Assembly: GCA_030838445.1 (NCBI GenBank)
Contig: JAUZFQ010000015.1
Span: 11,001 to 75,000, forward strand
DNA: 64,000 bases
From: Pyrinomonadaceae bacterium
GTDB lineage: Bacteria; Acidobacteriota; Blastocatellia; Pyrinomonadales; Pyrinomonadaceae
Reading direction: 5' to 3'
In this document: positions 40,898-50,872 of the stretch, piece after piece
How the letters are laid out: the number at the start of each line of letters is the position of its first letter
Numbering within the stretch: the first letter of the stretch is position 1
Program-made: the position numbers and the translations under genes
Notes under the pieces: generated by a model
What the model was told of the DNA's origin: nothing
Seen by the model: the letters and a program-made list of their open reading frames with translations, nothing else
The model's database searches: none

Positions 40898-41713
40898 TCA
40901 TTTAACGGCGGAAATCTTCTGCCGGGACATTTGTAGCCGGTCTAGAACCTCTTCGGTCAAACTCCAAAGCTGGTCGGAAGCACGGTGCGACTTGGCGTAC
41001 AAGACGGCCGGTAGTTTCTGTGACGGTGCTTCCGCCACTTTTGAGTAATCGTGCAAGTTGGTGTCGAACACGTGGCCGACAAGGCCGATGGCGGCTTCTA
41101 CTGCACTGCGTGACTCCGCGGACAAGTTGCGTTGCGGTTTATAGAGATTTATCACCGCTCCGAGCATTTGGAGGCTGGAATTGACATTTTTTCGCACCTG
41201 CTCGATGGTGAAGGCTAAATCGGAGAGACCTTGCAAACCCATCGCGTCGGAGGCGCAGGGGACGATGACAAAATCGGAAGCGTAAAGCGCGGCAGTTAAT
41301 AGCTTTCCGAGTTGCGGCGGGCAGTCTATGAAGACCAGATCATAGCCTTTGCCGTGCTCCTGAAGTTGATTCCTAAGGCGGTGCGTCAGGTAGTCCGGTT
41401 GCATCTCGAATCTGGCGAGACGAATGTCGGCCGGAACGAGGTCAAGCCCTTCGACAGGGCTTTCCAGAATGGCGTCATCGAGGGGAAGTGGCTCGACTTT
41501 GACGCCCGTCGTGGATTCCGGCTCGATCAGGACATGAGAAAGCGTGGCCTCGTAGACGTCCGAATCAACCCAAGAGGACGTTAGATTTCCTTGCGGGTCG
41601 GCGTCTATCGTGAGGGTCTGGTGACCTCTCAGCGCGCAGCAGGCGGACAATTCGCGGCAGACGGTGGTCTTGCCGACGCCGCCTTTCTGGTTGGCGATGG
41701 CGATGGTGATCAT
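40898..41713 (-). CDS. parA: ParA/Soj-family partition ATPase
   Basis: Deviant Walker A IAIANQKGGVGKTT and Walker A' DADPQGN. Its start overlaps the xis stop (ATGA). Confidence 0.9.
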   Translation of the reverse strand: MITIAIANQKGGVGKTTVCRELSACCALRGHQTLTIDADPQGNLTSSWVDSDVYEATLSHVLIEPESTTGVKVEPLPLDDAILESPVEGLDLVPADIRLARFEMQPDYLTHRLRNQLQEHGKGYDLVFIDCPPQLGKLLTAALYASDFVIVPCASDAMGLQGLSDLAFTIEQVRKNVNSSLQMLGAVINLYKPQRNLSAESRSAVEAAIGLVGHVFDTNLHDYSKVAEAPSQKLPAVLYAKSHRASDQLWSLTEEVLDRLQMSRQKISAVK

Positions 41714-41928
41714 GCTGCGATTCCTCTGCGTACTTTTTCGGCGTCCTCAAGCACGCGCTCTATGTCACACTTTTTGACTAACTTGATGCGGGTGTCCAGG
41801 ACGTCTGTCAGTGTCTGGATTTGGTATGAGCGGATGATGCGCCAAAGGGTGGTTCGTGAGACGCCGAGCATCTCCTGTGCGGCGGTTAGGGTCAGAGTTT
41901 CGTCATGCTGTTTGGCAATTGCCATCAT
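41710..41928 (-). CDS. Excisionase/MerR-superfamily helix-turn-helix DNA-binding protein
   Basis: 72 aa with LTAAQEMLGVSRTTLWRIIRS, typical of Xis/AlpA-type HTH_17 proteins. Confidence 0.7.
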   Translation of the reverse strand: MMAIAKQHDETLTLTAAQEMLGVSRTTLWRIIRSYQIQTLTDVLDTRIKLVKKCDIERVLEDAEKVRRGIAA

Positions 41929-42239
41929 TACACCTCGTAAGTGTTGAATAAGGCGAGAAAGCGTCTTTTACAGCGAATACCGTCAGATGTCAATAGATAC
42001 GTTTCAACTTGCAGGCGGGAAGCTTGGGTGGAGCAGGGAACTCAGCGCTTTACGGCGAAGCGTGCGACGGCGATTGATAGGTTTCGGATTCGCTCAGGGT
42101 GTTTATGGATCGTAATGCAGAACCGCGTTGGGCGGTGCGGTGGCATGAAGATATCAACCGACGGTTGTGACGGTCGAAACCTGAAATCGTCATATGTAAA
42201 TAGAGCCGGTTATTACGTCCTGTTATTACTACGTCCTGT

Positions 42240-42374
42240 TCAGACTCCATGCTCGATCTCCCGCGCCAGCCCTGCCTTCACCATCTTCCAATCGCGGTTA
42301 ATCGTAGCCGCCGAGATGCCTAACCCTTCCGCCTCTTCTTCGTTTCCCGGTCGCCCGCGAAACGTTTTGTCCAG
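42240..42374 (-). pseudogene. Remnant of an ECF sigma factor (region 4 only)
   Basis: The 44-codon fragment LDKTFRGRPGNEEEAEGLGISAATINRDWKMVKAGLAREIEHGV aligns by eye with the C-terminus of the intact ECF sigma at 51783-52388 (...[31 protein letters not shown]). It is preceded by an in-frame stop, and no regions 1-3 are present. Confidence 0.5.
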
Positions 42375-42829
42375 TCAATGCATTAACACGTAGAGGGCAG
42401 TTGGCAGCATACCGCATCCCCTTACGGAGATTTTTTCCGCCCCAGTACCTAGACACCCACATACCTCACACGGCGGGCGTGCCCCTCACGATGGCGCGCC
42501 CGCCGACCCCCTTCTATTGGCGCGCCGAAGGAGTCGTTAATATGTCGAGCAAAAAGTGAATAGTTTGCCATGCGGACGCATGCGCCACCGCCCGGTAGCT
42601 AATACAGGGGCGTCGCGCATGGTGGAGTTGTCGCGTGCGGCGTGCCTGAACGCGCCGCACGCGATGCGTCTAGCCCGACTCCGCAAACTTGGACTACAAT
42701 GCGACGGCGGGTGACGGGGCGTTGTCGCCCCCGGCGACTGACGTGTGAACCAACCCGGCCGCGCGCCGCATCCGCCGCCGGAGACGTGGCGTATACGCAA
42801 GTTCGCGCACGGGTCGTCGCACAATCCTC

Positions 42830-45800
42830 ATGGTCATCAAAGACAGCACAAGCCAGTCGCCCACAGAAGATCGCTTCCGCGCCATCCTCGAACAGTCGCC
42901 GCTCAGTATCCAGATCATGTCGCCGGACGGGCGCATCCTGCGCGTCAACCGCGCGTGGGAAGAGTTGTGGGGCGTGACGCTCGATCAACTCGAAGGCTAC
43001 AACATCCTCGAAGACCGGCAACTCGTCGAGAACGGCATCATGCCTTACATCCGCCGCGCCTTCGCCGGGGAGGCCGTCGAGATGCCGCCCGTGCTCTACG
43101 ACCCCGACGCGACCATCCCCGACATCACGCGCCACGCCGAGCCGCGCCGCTGGACGAAGGCCGTCGCCTACCCGATCAAAGACGAGGCGGGACGCGTGCG
43201 CGAAGTCGTCCTCATGCACGAAGACATCACGGGGCGCATCTCGGCCGAAGCGAACTTGCGCGAGAGCGAGTCGCGTTACCGCGCGCTCTTCGAGACCACG
43301 CTCGACGGCATCATGCTCGTTGACGATAGCGGCCACTACGTTGACGTCAACGAGAGCCTCTGCCGCATCCTGCGCGCGCCGCGCGAGCGACTCGTCGGCG
43401 CGCACTTCGGCGACTACATGCTCCCCGAACGCTACGAGGAGGCCGCACGCGCCCTCGCCTCACTCGGCGAGACGGGCGTGTTTGCCGGTAACTTTCCGAT
43501 GCGCGCGGCCGACGGCACGGTGGTCGAGTTAGAGTGGAGTTCGCGCGCCAACGTGATGCCCGGCCTGCACGTCTGCGTGGCGCGCGACGTGACGGGGCGC
43601 AAGCAGGCCGAAGAGTCTCTGCGCGAGAGCGAGTCGCGCTACCAGCGCGCGGCCGAGTCGGGGCGCGTCGGCATCTGGGACTTAGACCTGGAGACCAACG
43701 ACCTCTACCTCTCACCGAACCTCAAGGCGCTCGTCGGTTACGGCGACGACGAACTCGCCAACGACCTCGACGCGTGGTGTCAACTCGTCCACCCGGACGA
43801 CAAAGAGAAGGTGATCGCGGCCACGAAGGCGCACGTCGAAGGCACAGTTCCGCGCTACGAAGTCGAAGTTCGCCGCCGTCATCGTGACGGCCGCTATCTC
43901 TGGTTTCTCGCGCAGGGCGTCGCGCTCAGAGACGCCGCGGGGCGTGCGTACCGGCTGACAGGTTCGGACACCGACATCACCGCGCGCAAGCAGGCGGAAG
44001 AATCTCTGCGCGACAGCGAGGAGCGTTACCGCAACCTCTTGGAGAACGCCAACGACATCATCTACGCGCACGATCTACAGGGCAACTACCTCTCGATCAA
44101 TCGCGCCGGGGCGGAGATCACGGGCTACACGCGCGAAGAGATTCTCGGCGGGTTGAACATCGCGCGCGTCGTCGTGCCGGAACATTTTGAGCGCGCCAAA
44201 GAGATGTTGCTGCGCAAACTTCAAGACCCCAGCCCGACCGTCTATGAACTCGACATCGTGACGAAAGACAATCGCCGCCTGACGCTCGAAGTGAGCACGA
44301 GAATTTCTTACGTCGGCGGTCAGCCCGCGGCGGTCGAAGGCGTGGCGCGCGACGTGACGGCGCGCAAGCGCGACGAGGCGGAGAAGACGCGTCTCGCGGC
44401 GTTGCTCGAAAGCCAGCGGCGACACTTGCAGGCGATGGTCGGCAACGTGCCGGGTGTGGTGTGGGAGGCGTGGGGCGTGCCTGACGAGTCGAGCCAGCGC
44501 ATCAACTTCGTCAGCGACTATGTAGAAACTCTGCTCGGCTACACGGTTGAGGACTGGCTCGCCACGCCCAACTTCTGGCTCTCTATCGTCCACCCCGACG
44601 ACCGCGAACGCGCCGGGCGCGAGGCGGCGGCCACCTTCGCGAGCGGCCGCCTGGGCACGAGCAGATTTCGCTGGATGGCGAAGGACGGCCGCGCCGTCTG
44701 GGTCGAGGCGCAGTCGTCGGTCATCCTCGAAGACACGGGTCGCCCCGTCGGGATGCGCGGCGTAACGATGGACATCAGCGAGCGGATGCGGCAGGAGGTC
44801 AACGAACATTTTCTCGCCGAAGCGAGCACCGCGCTCTCGTCGTCGCTTGACTACGAGACGACGCTTGCCACGGTCGCACGCCTCGCCGTCCCGCAGTTTG
44901 CCGACTGGTGCGGCGTTGACATGGCGGACGAAGACGGCCTGCTGCGGCGTCTCGCCGTCGCGCACGTTGACCCCGCGAAGATCGAGTGGGCGCACGAAAT
45001 CTACCAACGCTACCCGCCCGACCCGGCCGACCCGCAGGGGCTTTATCATGTCCTGCGCACGGGCGAGTCGGAGTTCTACCCGGACATCCCCGACGACATG
45101 CTCGTCGCGGGCGCGCGCGACGCGGAGCATCTTGAGATCATGCGACAGGTCGGCTTCGGTTCGGTCATGCTCGTGCCGCTCAAGGCGCGCGAACGCGTGC
45201 TCGGCGTCATCACTTTCGTCAACACGGAGACGAGCCGACGCCATGGTGTGGAAGACCTCGCCCTCGCCGAAGACCTCGCGCGGCGCGCGGCTCTGGCCGT
45301 CGAGAACGCGCGGCTCTATCGCGCGGAGCGGCAGACGCGCGAGGCGGCCGAACGCACCTCTGATCGGCTCGCGCGCCTGCAAGCCGTCTCCACCGCGCTC
45401 TCGCAGGCATTGACGCCGCCACAGGTCGCCACGGCCGTCATCGAGCAGGGCATCAGTTCACTCGAAGCGCACGCGGGCACGGTGGTCTTGCTCGACGAGA
45501 TGGGCACGCAGTTGGAGATCATCACGACCGTGGGATTTCCGTCGGAGGCGATCAAAAACTGGGAGCAGTTCGCCGTCGAGTCGCCCGTGCCGCTCGCCGA
45601 CGCCGTGCGCGAAAAAATGCCGGTGCTTGTCGAGTCGTTTGCCGACACGCACGCGCGTTACCCGATGCTCGGCCTACTCGCGTCGGTCACGGGCAGTCAG
45701 GCGCTCGCCGCCCTCCCGCTCAACGTCAAAGGCCGCACCATCGGCGCGATGGGCTTGAGCTTCCCGCGCCCGCAGCGTTTCGGCGAAGACGATCTCGCCT

Positions 45801-47068
45801 TCATGCTCGCGCTCGCGCAACAGTGCGCGCAGGCGTTGGAGCGCGCACGCCTCTACGAGACCGAGCAGCGTCTGCGCGCCGACGCGGAGACGGCCAACCG
45901 GCTCAAAGACGAATTTCTCGCCACCGTCTCGCACGAACTGCGGACGCCTTTGACGGCCATCGTCGGCTGGTCGAGCATGTTGCGCACCGGCGACTTCGAC
46001 CCGCCCACGACGGCGCGCGCCATCGAAACCATCGAACGCAACGCCTTGGCGCAGACGCAGATCATCGAAGACCTTCTCGACGTGTCGCGCATCATCACGG
46101 GCAAGGTGACGCTCGATGCGCGCCCCGTCGAACTCTCTCTGATTGTCGAAGCCGCGCTCGACTCGGTGCGCCCGGCTGCGGCGACGAAGGGCATCACGCT
46201 CAAGTCCGACGTGGGCGCGGTCGCCGGTCTCACGGCCGTGTGGGGCGATCCGGCGCGGCTGCAACAGGTGATGTGGAATCTGCTCGCCAACGCCGTCAAG
46301 TTCACGCCCGCGGGCGGCGAAGTCGCGGTGCGACTGAGCCGCTCCGAGTCGCACGTACGGATCAGTGTAGCCGACACGGGGCAGGGCATCAGTCAGGAGT
46401 TTCTCCCCTACGTCTTCGACCGTTTCCGTCAGGCCGACGGCACGATCACGCGCACGCACGGCGGCCTCGGCCTCGGCCTGTCAATCGTGCGCCACCTCGT
46501 CGAAATTCACGGCGGCACGGTCACGGCCGAGAGCGCGGGCGAGGGGCGCGGCGCGACCTTCACCATCGAACTCCCTGTTGCCGAGGGCGACCGGCGCGGC
46601 GGCGCGGCCGAGGCGCAAAAACTTTCGGCGTCGCTCGCGGAAGTCGCAGCCGCCGTCAGCCCCGTCTCGGAACTCGCAGACCTACGCGTGCTGATTGTTG
46701 ACGACGAGCCGGACGCGCGCCTCTTGCTACAGACGATCATGGAGCAGAGTGGCGCGTCGGTGCGCGCGGTGTCGTCAGCCGCCGAGGCGTTGACGGCGCT
46801 CGGAGAGTTTCGGCCGGACATACTCGTCTCGGATATCGGGATGCCGCACGAGGACGGCTACGCGCTCATGCGCAGCGTGCGCGCGCGCAGCCCGGAAGAG
46901 GGAGGCCGGATTCCCGCCGTCGCCCTCACGGCTTACGCGCAGGAAGAAGACCGCATGCGCGCGCTCCTCGCGGGCTTTCAGGTTCACGTGGCGAAGCCGA
47001 TCAATCCGCAGGAGTTTGTCGCGGTGGTGGTGGGGCTGGCCGGGGTGACGAGCCGGAAGAAGAGTTGA
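42830..47068 (+). CDS. Hybrid sensor histidine kinase with multiple PAS and two GAF domains, HisKA, HATPase_c and a C-terminal receiver
   Basis: Repeated PAS modules separated by coiled linkers (LRESESRYR). H-box SHELRTPLTAIVGW, G-boxes GGLGLGLSIVRHLVEIHGG, and receiver VLIVDDEPD...SDIGMPHEDG...K. Confidence 0.9.
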   Translation: MVIKDSTSQSPTEDRFRAILEQSPLSIQIMSPDGRILRVNRAWEELWGVTLDQLEGYNILEDRQLVENGIMPYIRRAFAGEAVEMPPVLYDPDATIPDITRHAEPRRWTKAVAYPIKDEAGRVREVVLMHEDITGRISAEANLRESESRYRALFETTLDGIMLVDDSGHYVDVNESLCRILRAPRERLVGAHFGDYMLPERYEEAARALASLGETGVFAGNFPMRAADGTVVELEWSSRANVMPGLHVCVARDVTGRKQAEESLRESESRYQRAAESGRVGIWDLDLETNDLYLSPNLKALVGYGDDELANDLDAWCQLVHPDDKEKVIAATKAHVEGTVPRYEVEVRRRHRDGRYLWFLAQGVALRDAAGRAYRLTGSDTDITARKQAEESLRDSEERYRNLLENANDIIYAHDLQGNYLSINRAGAEITGYTREEILGGLNIARVVVPEHFERAKEMLLRKLQDPSPTVYELDIVTKDNRRLTLEVSTRISYVGGQPAAVEGVARDVTARKRDEAEKTRLAALLESQRRHLQAMVGNVPGVVWEAWGVPDESSQRINFVSDYVETLLGYTVEDWLATPNFWLSIVHPDDRERAGREAAATFASGRLGTSRFRWMAKDGRAVWVEAQSSVILEDTGRPVGMRGVTMDISERMRQEVNEHFLAEASTALSSSLDYETTLATVARLAVPQFADWCGVDMADEDGLLRRLAVAHVDPAKIEWAHEIYQRYPPDPADPQGLYHVLRTGESEFYPDIPDDMLVAGARDAEHLEIMRQVGFGSVMLVPLKARERVLGVITFVNTETSRRHGVEDLALAEDLARRAALAVENARLYRAERQTREAAERTSDRLARLQAVSTALSQALTPPQVATAVIEQGISSLEAHAGTVVLLDEMGTQLEIITTVGFPSEAIKNWEQFAVESPVPLADAVREKMPVLVESFADTHARYPMLGLLASVTGSQALAALPLNVKGRTIGAMGLSFPRPQRFGEDDLAFMLALAQQCAQALERARLYETEQRLRADAETANRLKDEFLATVSHELRTPLTAIVGWSSMLRTGDFDPPTTARAIETIERNALAQTQIIEDLLDVSRIITGKVTLDARPVELSLIVEAALDSVRPAAATKGITLKSDVGAVAGLTAVWGDPARLQQVMWNLLANAVKFTPAGGEVAVRLSRSESHVRISVADTGQGISQEFLPYVFDRFRQADGTITRTHGGLGLGLSIVRHLVEIHGGTVTAESAGEGRGATFTIELPVAEGDRRGGAAEAQKLSASLAEVAAAVSPVSELADLRVLIVDDEPDARLLLQTIMEQSGASVRAVSSAAEALTALGEFRPDILVSDIGMPHEDGYALMRSVRARSPEEGGRIPAVALTAYAQEEDRMRALLAGFQVHVAKPINPQEFVAVVVGLAGVTSRKKS

Positions 47069-47119
47069 CGGGAGCGACGGGTTTTAGACTGAGAGAAAAT
47101 TTAGCGCGATGAGCGTCCG

Positions 47120-47506
47120 TCAGGTTGGCAGGTAGCGACTCACCACGTCGCCGATGACGGCGAAGTCAATCGGCTTGCTGACGCATTCGACGCACCCGGC
47201 GGCGACGGCTTTGTGCCGGTTCTCCACGTCGCAGAAGGCCGACACGGCGACGATGGGGATGTCCTGCGTCTTGTGTTGCGCTTTGATCCGGCGGGTCGCC
47301 TCATAGCCGTCGAGCACGGGCATGCTCAAGTCCATCAGGATCAAATTCGGGCGCACCTGCGGCGCGAGTTCCACCGCTTCCTGCCCGTTGACGGCCTCGA
47401 TCACCAGACAATTCTTCATCTGCAACATCATCCGCATCAACTCGCGGATGTCACCCGAATCGTCCACAACGAGAACCGTCCTATTGTCCGGCTGCCCCTT
47501 ACTCAT
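47120..47506 (-). CDS. Single-domain (CheY-like) response regulator
   Basis: VLVVDDSGDIRELM...ILMDLSMPVLDG...VAVSAF...KP. The preferred start is ATG 47506, with AAGGAAG upstream. Confidence 0.85.
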   Translation of the reverse strand: MSKGQPDNRTVLVVDDSGDIRELMRMMLQMKNCLVIEAVNGQEAVELAPQVRPNLILMDLSMPVLDGYEATRRIKAQHKTQDIPIVAVSAFCDVENRHKAVAAGCVECVSKPIDFAVIGDVVSRYLPT

Positions 47507-47811
47507 CGGCCTTACTTCCTTTTGCGACCTGTTTAGTGAGTTACTTTGGGGAGAACTTAGCACGGCTCACCCTTCACGACAAGATGATAAATAGTCGCCC
47601 GCCGCCGCCGCGAACTTAACGCGCCCCGCGAGCCGCCGCAGATGATTAGTGCCATCCCGGTGAAGAAAATGACACCGGTCGCTGTTAAATTATAAGCACG
47701 CACCACAGAGGCTCAGAGCGCACGGAGGGGACACGGCGAAGTCCCAAGTTCCATGTGTTGATTAGACGCTATAGAATGGCCTGAAACGAAAAGAAAGAAG
47801 AGAATCAAACT

Positions 47812-48855
47812 ATGCTAAAGACACGCGGATATGCAGCCGAGGCGGCGACCACGCCGCTCGCACCGTTCGACTTCGACCGCCGCGAACCCGGCGCGCACGA
47901 CGTACTCATCGAAATACTCTACTGCGGCGTTTGTCACTCCGACATACATCAGGCGCGCAACGAGTGGGAAAACTCGATCTACCCGATGGTTCCCGGCCAC
48001 GAGATCGTCGGGCGCGTCGCGCGCGTCGGCGCGGAGGTGACGCGCTTCAAGGAAGGCGACCTCGCGGGCGTCGGGTGTTTCGTGGAATCCTGCCGCACCT
48101 GCGAGAACTGCAAGGAGGGCGAGGAGCAACACTGCCTGACTCACCTCGTCGCCACTTACAACGGAACTGAGCGCGACGAGCAGACGCCGACCTACGGCGG
48201 CTATTCAAATCAAATCGTCGTTGACGAAAACTATACCTTGAAGATTCCCTCGAACCTGCCGCCGGAGAACGTCGCCCCTTTGCTCTGCGCCGGGATCACG
48301 ACGTATTCGCCTTTGCGCCGTTTCAACGTCGGCGCGGGGCAGCGCGTCGGGGTCGTCGGCCTCGGCGGTCTGGGGCACATGGGCGTCAAACTCGCCGCCT
48401 CGATGGGCGCGGAAGTCACGGTCTTCAGCACCTCGCAATCGAAGGAAGAGGACGCGCGACGCCTCGGCGCGCACCACTTCGTCGTGACGAAAGACCCGCA
48501 GAACCTCGAACCGCTCGCGGGCAAGTTTCACTTCATCCTCGACACCGTATCGGCCACGCACGATCTCAACATGTATCTCAACCTGTTGCGCCGCGACGGC
48601 ACGATGGTGCTCGTCGGCGCGCCGGAGAAGCCCTCGGAAGTGCCCGCCTTCTCGCTCATCACGAACAACCGCAAACTCGCCGGTTCGATGATCGGCGGCA
48701 TCCGCGAGACGCAGGAGATGCTCGACTATTGCGCCGAGCGCAACGTCTCTTCCGACGTCGAAGTGATCCCCATCCAGCAGATCAACGAAGCCTACGAGCG
48801 GACGATCAAAGGCGACGTTCGCTATCGCTTCGTCATTGACATGAAATCGTTGTGA
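47812..48855 (+). CDS. Zinc-dependent NAD(P) alcohol dehydrogenase (cinnamyl-alcohol/YahK-like)
   Basis: [15 protein letters not shown], structural-zinc Cys cluster [27 protein letters not shown] Rossmann motif. Confidence 0.9.
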   Translation: MLKTRGYAAEAATTPLAPFDFDRREPGAHDVLIEILYCGVCHSDIHQARNEWENSIYPMVPGHEIVGRVARVGAEVTRFKEGDLAGVGCFVESCRTCENCKEGEEQHCLTHLVATYNGTERDEQTPTYGGYSNQIVVDENYTLKIPSNLPPENVAPLLCAGITTYSPLRRFNVGAGQRVGVVGLGGLGHMGVKLAASMGAEVTVFSTSQSKEEDARRLGAHHFVVTKDPQNLEPLAGKFHFILDTVSATHDLNMYLNLLRRDGTMVLVGAPEKPSEVPAFSLITNNRKLAGSMIGGIRETQEMLDYCAERNVSSDVEVIPIQQINEAYERTIKGDVRYRFVIDMKSL

Positions 48856-48910
48856 GCAACGCGAAGCGCGCGTTGACGGCTGGCCGACAACGACGACGCG
48901 GGAGGGCGAG

Positions 48911-49897
48911 ATGCAAAAACGAAAATTAGGCAAGGTGGGGCTTGAAGTCTCCGCGATGGGCTTGGGCTGCATGGGGATGTCGGAGTTTTACGCCGGGCGC
49001 GAAGAGGCGGAATCAATCGCCACCATTCACCGCGCGCTGGAGTTGGGCGTCAACTTCCTCGACACGGCCGACATGTACGGCCCTTTTAAAAACGAGGAAC
49101 TCGTCGGTCGCGCGATCAAAGGCCGACGCGCGGAGGTCGTGCTGGCGACCAAGTTCGGCAACATGCGCGGCGACGACGGGAGTTTCCTCGGCGTCAACGG
49201 TCGCCCCGAATACGTGCGCTCGGCGTGCGAAGCGAGTCTCAAACGTCTCGGCGTCGAGATGATTGATCTCTACTACCAGCACCGCGTTGATCCGAAGACG
49301 CCCATCGAGGAGACGGTCGGCGAGATGAGTCGGCTCGTTGAGGAGGGCAAGGTGCTGCACCTCGGCCTCTCCGAAGCGGCGTCCGAGACGATTCGACGCG
49401 CGCAGGCCGTTCACCCCATCGCCGCGCTGCAAACGGAATACTCTTTGTGGAGTCGCGACCCGGAAGACGGCATCCTCGACACCTGCCGCGAACTCGGCAT
49501 CGGCTTCGTGCCCTACAGTCCGTTGGGGCGCGGCTTCCTCACCGGCCAACTCAAGAGTTTCGACGATCTGGCGGAGGACGACTACCGGCGCAACTCGCCG
49601 CGCTTGCAGGGCGAGAACTTCGAGAAGAATCTTGAACTCGTCAAACAGATCGAAGAGATGGCGGCGGAGAAAAACTGCACCCCGGCGCAACTCGCGCTCG
49701 CGTGGGTGCTCGCGCAAGGCGACGACATCGTGCCGATACCGGGCACGAAGCGGCGCAAGTATCTGGAAGAGAACGCGAGCGCGCTCGATGTCCGCATCAC
49801 GCCCGCAGACCTCGCGCGCATTGACGAGATCGCGCCGAAGGGAGTCGCCGCGGGCACGCGCTACCCGGCGGCGGGGATGGCCGCCGTCAACATCTAA
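48911..49897 (+). CDS. Aldo/keto reductase (Tas/YajO-like)
   Basis: [45 protein letters not shown]. Confidence 0.9.
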   Translation: MQKRKLGKVGLEVSAMGLGCMGMSEFYAGREEAESIATIHRALELGVNFLDTADMYGPFKNEELVGRAIKGRRAEVVLATKFGNMRGDDGSFLGVNGRPEYVRSACEASLKRLGVEMIDLYYQHRVDPKTPIEETVGEMSRLVEEGKVLHLGLSEAASETIRRAQAVHPIAALQTEYSLWSRDPEDGILDTCRELGIGFVPYSPLGRGFLTGQLKSFDDLAEDDYRRNSPRLQGENFEKNLELVKQIEEMAAEKNCTPAQLALAWVLAQGDDIVPIPGTKRRKYLEENASALDVRITPADLARIDEIAPKGVAAGTRYPAAGMAAVNI

Positions 49898-49990
49898 CGC
49901 CGCTTGTCTTCGGCGGCTATTCGACGGCGCGGAAAAACGAACGGCCATTTTAACTGAGACACCTAGCGGCAACTTTGACTCAAACGACTA

Positions 49991-50036
49991 CGGCCACGGC
50001 GACGCATTGAGTACGACTCGACGCGTCGCCGTGGCC
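49991..50036 (+). terminator. Perfect 15-bp hairpin downstream of the AKR gene
   Basis: CGGCCACGGCGACGC (49991-50005), 16-nt loop, GCGTCGCCGTGGCCG (50022-50036), then TCTTGTGTG (weak U-tract). Confidence 0.45.
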
Positions 50037-50143
50037 GTCTTGTGTGCCGGTTAGTGAAGCGGGCGACAAGTCGCGGATGGCTCGTCTGACGCATCGCCGG
50101 AAAGAGCGAAAGAGCGTCGGTCGGCAGAGTTAAAAAAACCTTG

Positions 50144-50172
50144 TTGCGTCGCTCACGCACCGCCCCTACAAT
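50144..50172 (+). promoter_or_regulatory. Promoter-like element predicting a leaderless transcript for the ferritin-like gene
   Basis: TTGCGT (50144-50149), 17-nt spacer, TACAAT (50167-50172). The ATG at 50181 lies 8 nt after the -10. Confidence 0.4.
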
Positions 50173-50180
50173 CGGCGCGG

Positions 50181-50771
50181 ATGAACTCTCACGCGGATGA
50201 GCTGGTCAAAATCCTGCGGCTCGCCTACTCCGGCGAGTTGGCGGCGGCTTACGCATATCGCGGCCACTGGCGTTCGTTGAAGGACGTGGCGACGAGAGAG
50301 CGCATCCGCGAGATCGAGAGTGAGGAGTGGCATCACCGTCGGCTGGTGGGGCGGATGCTCGAACATTTGGGCGCGCGGCCGAACCGCGTGCGAGAGTTGC
50401 GCGCCGTCGTCGTCGGGCGCGCGCTCGGCGCGATGTGCCACGTCGCCGGGTGGCTGCTGCCGATGTACGGCGCGGGGAAACTTGAAAGCCGGAACGTCAA
50501 CGAGTACGAGACGGCGGCGCGGCACGCCTCGCGCTCAGGCCGCGCGGAGTTTGTAGACTGCCTGCTCCACATGGCGGAAGTGGAGTGGGAGCACGAAAAA
50601 TATTTTCGCTCGCTCGTGGCGACTCACAGGCTCGGCGCGCGCCTTCCGCTGTGGACGACGCCCGCGCCGAAAGAGGCGATCCGCGCGACCTACCACGTCG
50701 AGTTAGGCGCGATCCCCGAACGATTCAACCTCACCGACGACGAGTTGGCCTTCGAGTCCGACCGCACTTAA
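50181..50771 (+). CDS. Ferritin-like (rubrerythrin/COQ7-like di-iron) domain protein
   Basis: Two ExxH-type motifs in helical context (EIESEEWHH and AEVEWEHEKYF), plus the upstream YSGELAAAYAYRGH. Confidence 0.6.
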   Translation: MNSHADELVKILRLAYSGELAAAYAYRGHWRSLKDVATRERIREIESEEWHHRRLVGRMLEHLGARPNRVRELRAVVVGRALGAMCHVAGWLLPMYGAGKLESRNVNEYETAARHASRSGRAEFVDCLLHMAEVEWEHEKYFRSLVATHRLGARLPLWTTPAPKEAIRATYHVELGAIPERFNLTDDELAFESDRT

Positions 50772-50872
50772 CTTCGCGCCTGCATCCGACCGCGTTTAAC
50801 TTCGCCTTTGAGTCTAACCGCGTTTAACTTCGCTTGAGCATCCGACCGCGCCGCACAACGTCACGCGCTTGG

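Larger units (their letters stand above)
37400..42400. mobile_element. Integrated plasmid-like / integrative element (integrase, ParB-like, Rep-like, ParA, Xis-HTH); boundaries approximate
   Basis: There is a clear drop in GC content and a change in codon usage relative to the flanks. The gene set is typical of mobile DNA. No att direct repeats or flanking tRNA could be identified by eye. Confidence 0.6.

Noticed and set aside
41941-42393. 150-aa plus-strand ORF at the right end of the mobile element.
   Set aside because: It has no recognisable motifs and atypical composition. It overlaps the minus-strand sigma-factor remnant and is probably non-coding control or att DNA.
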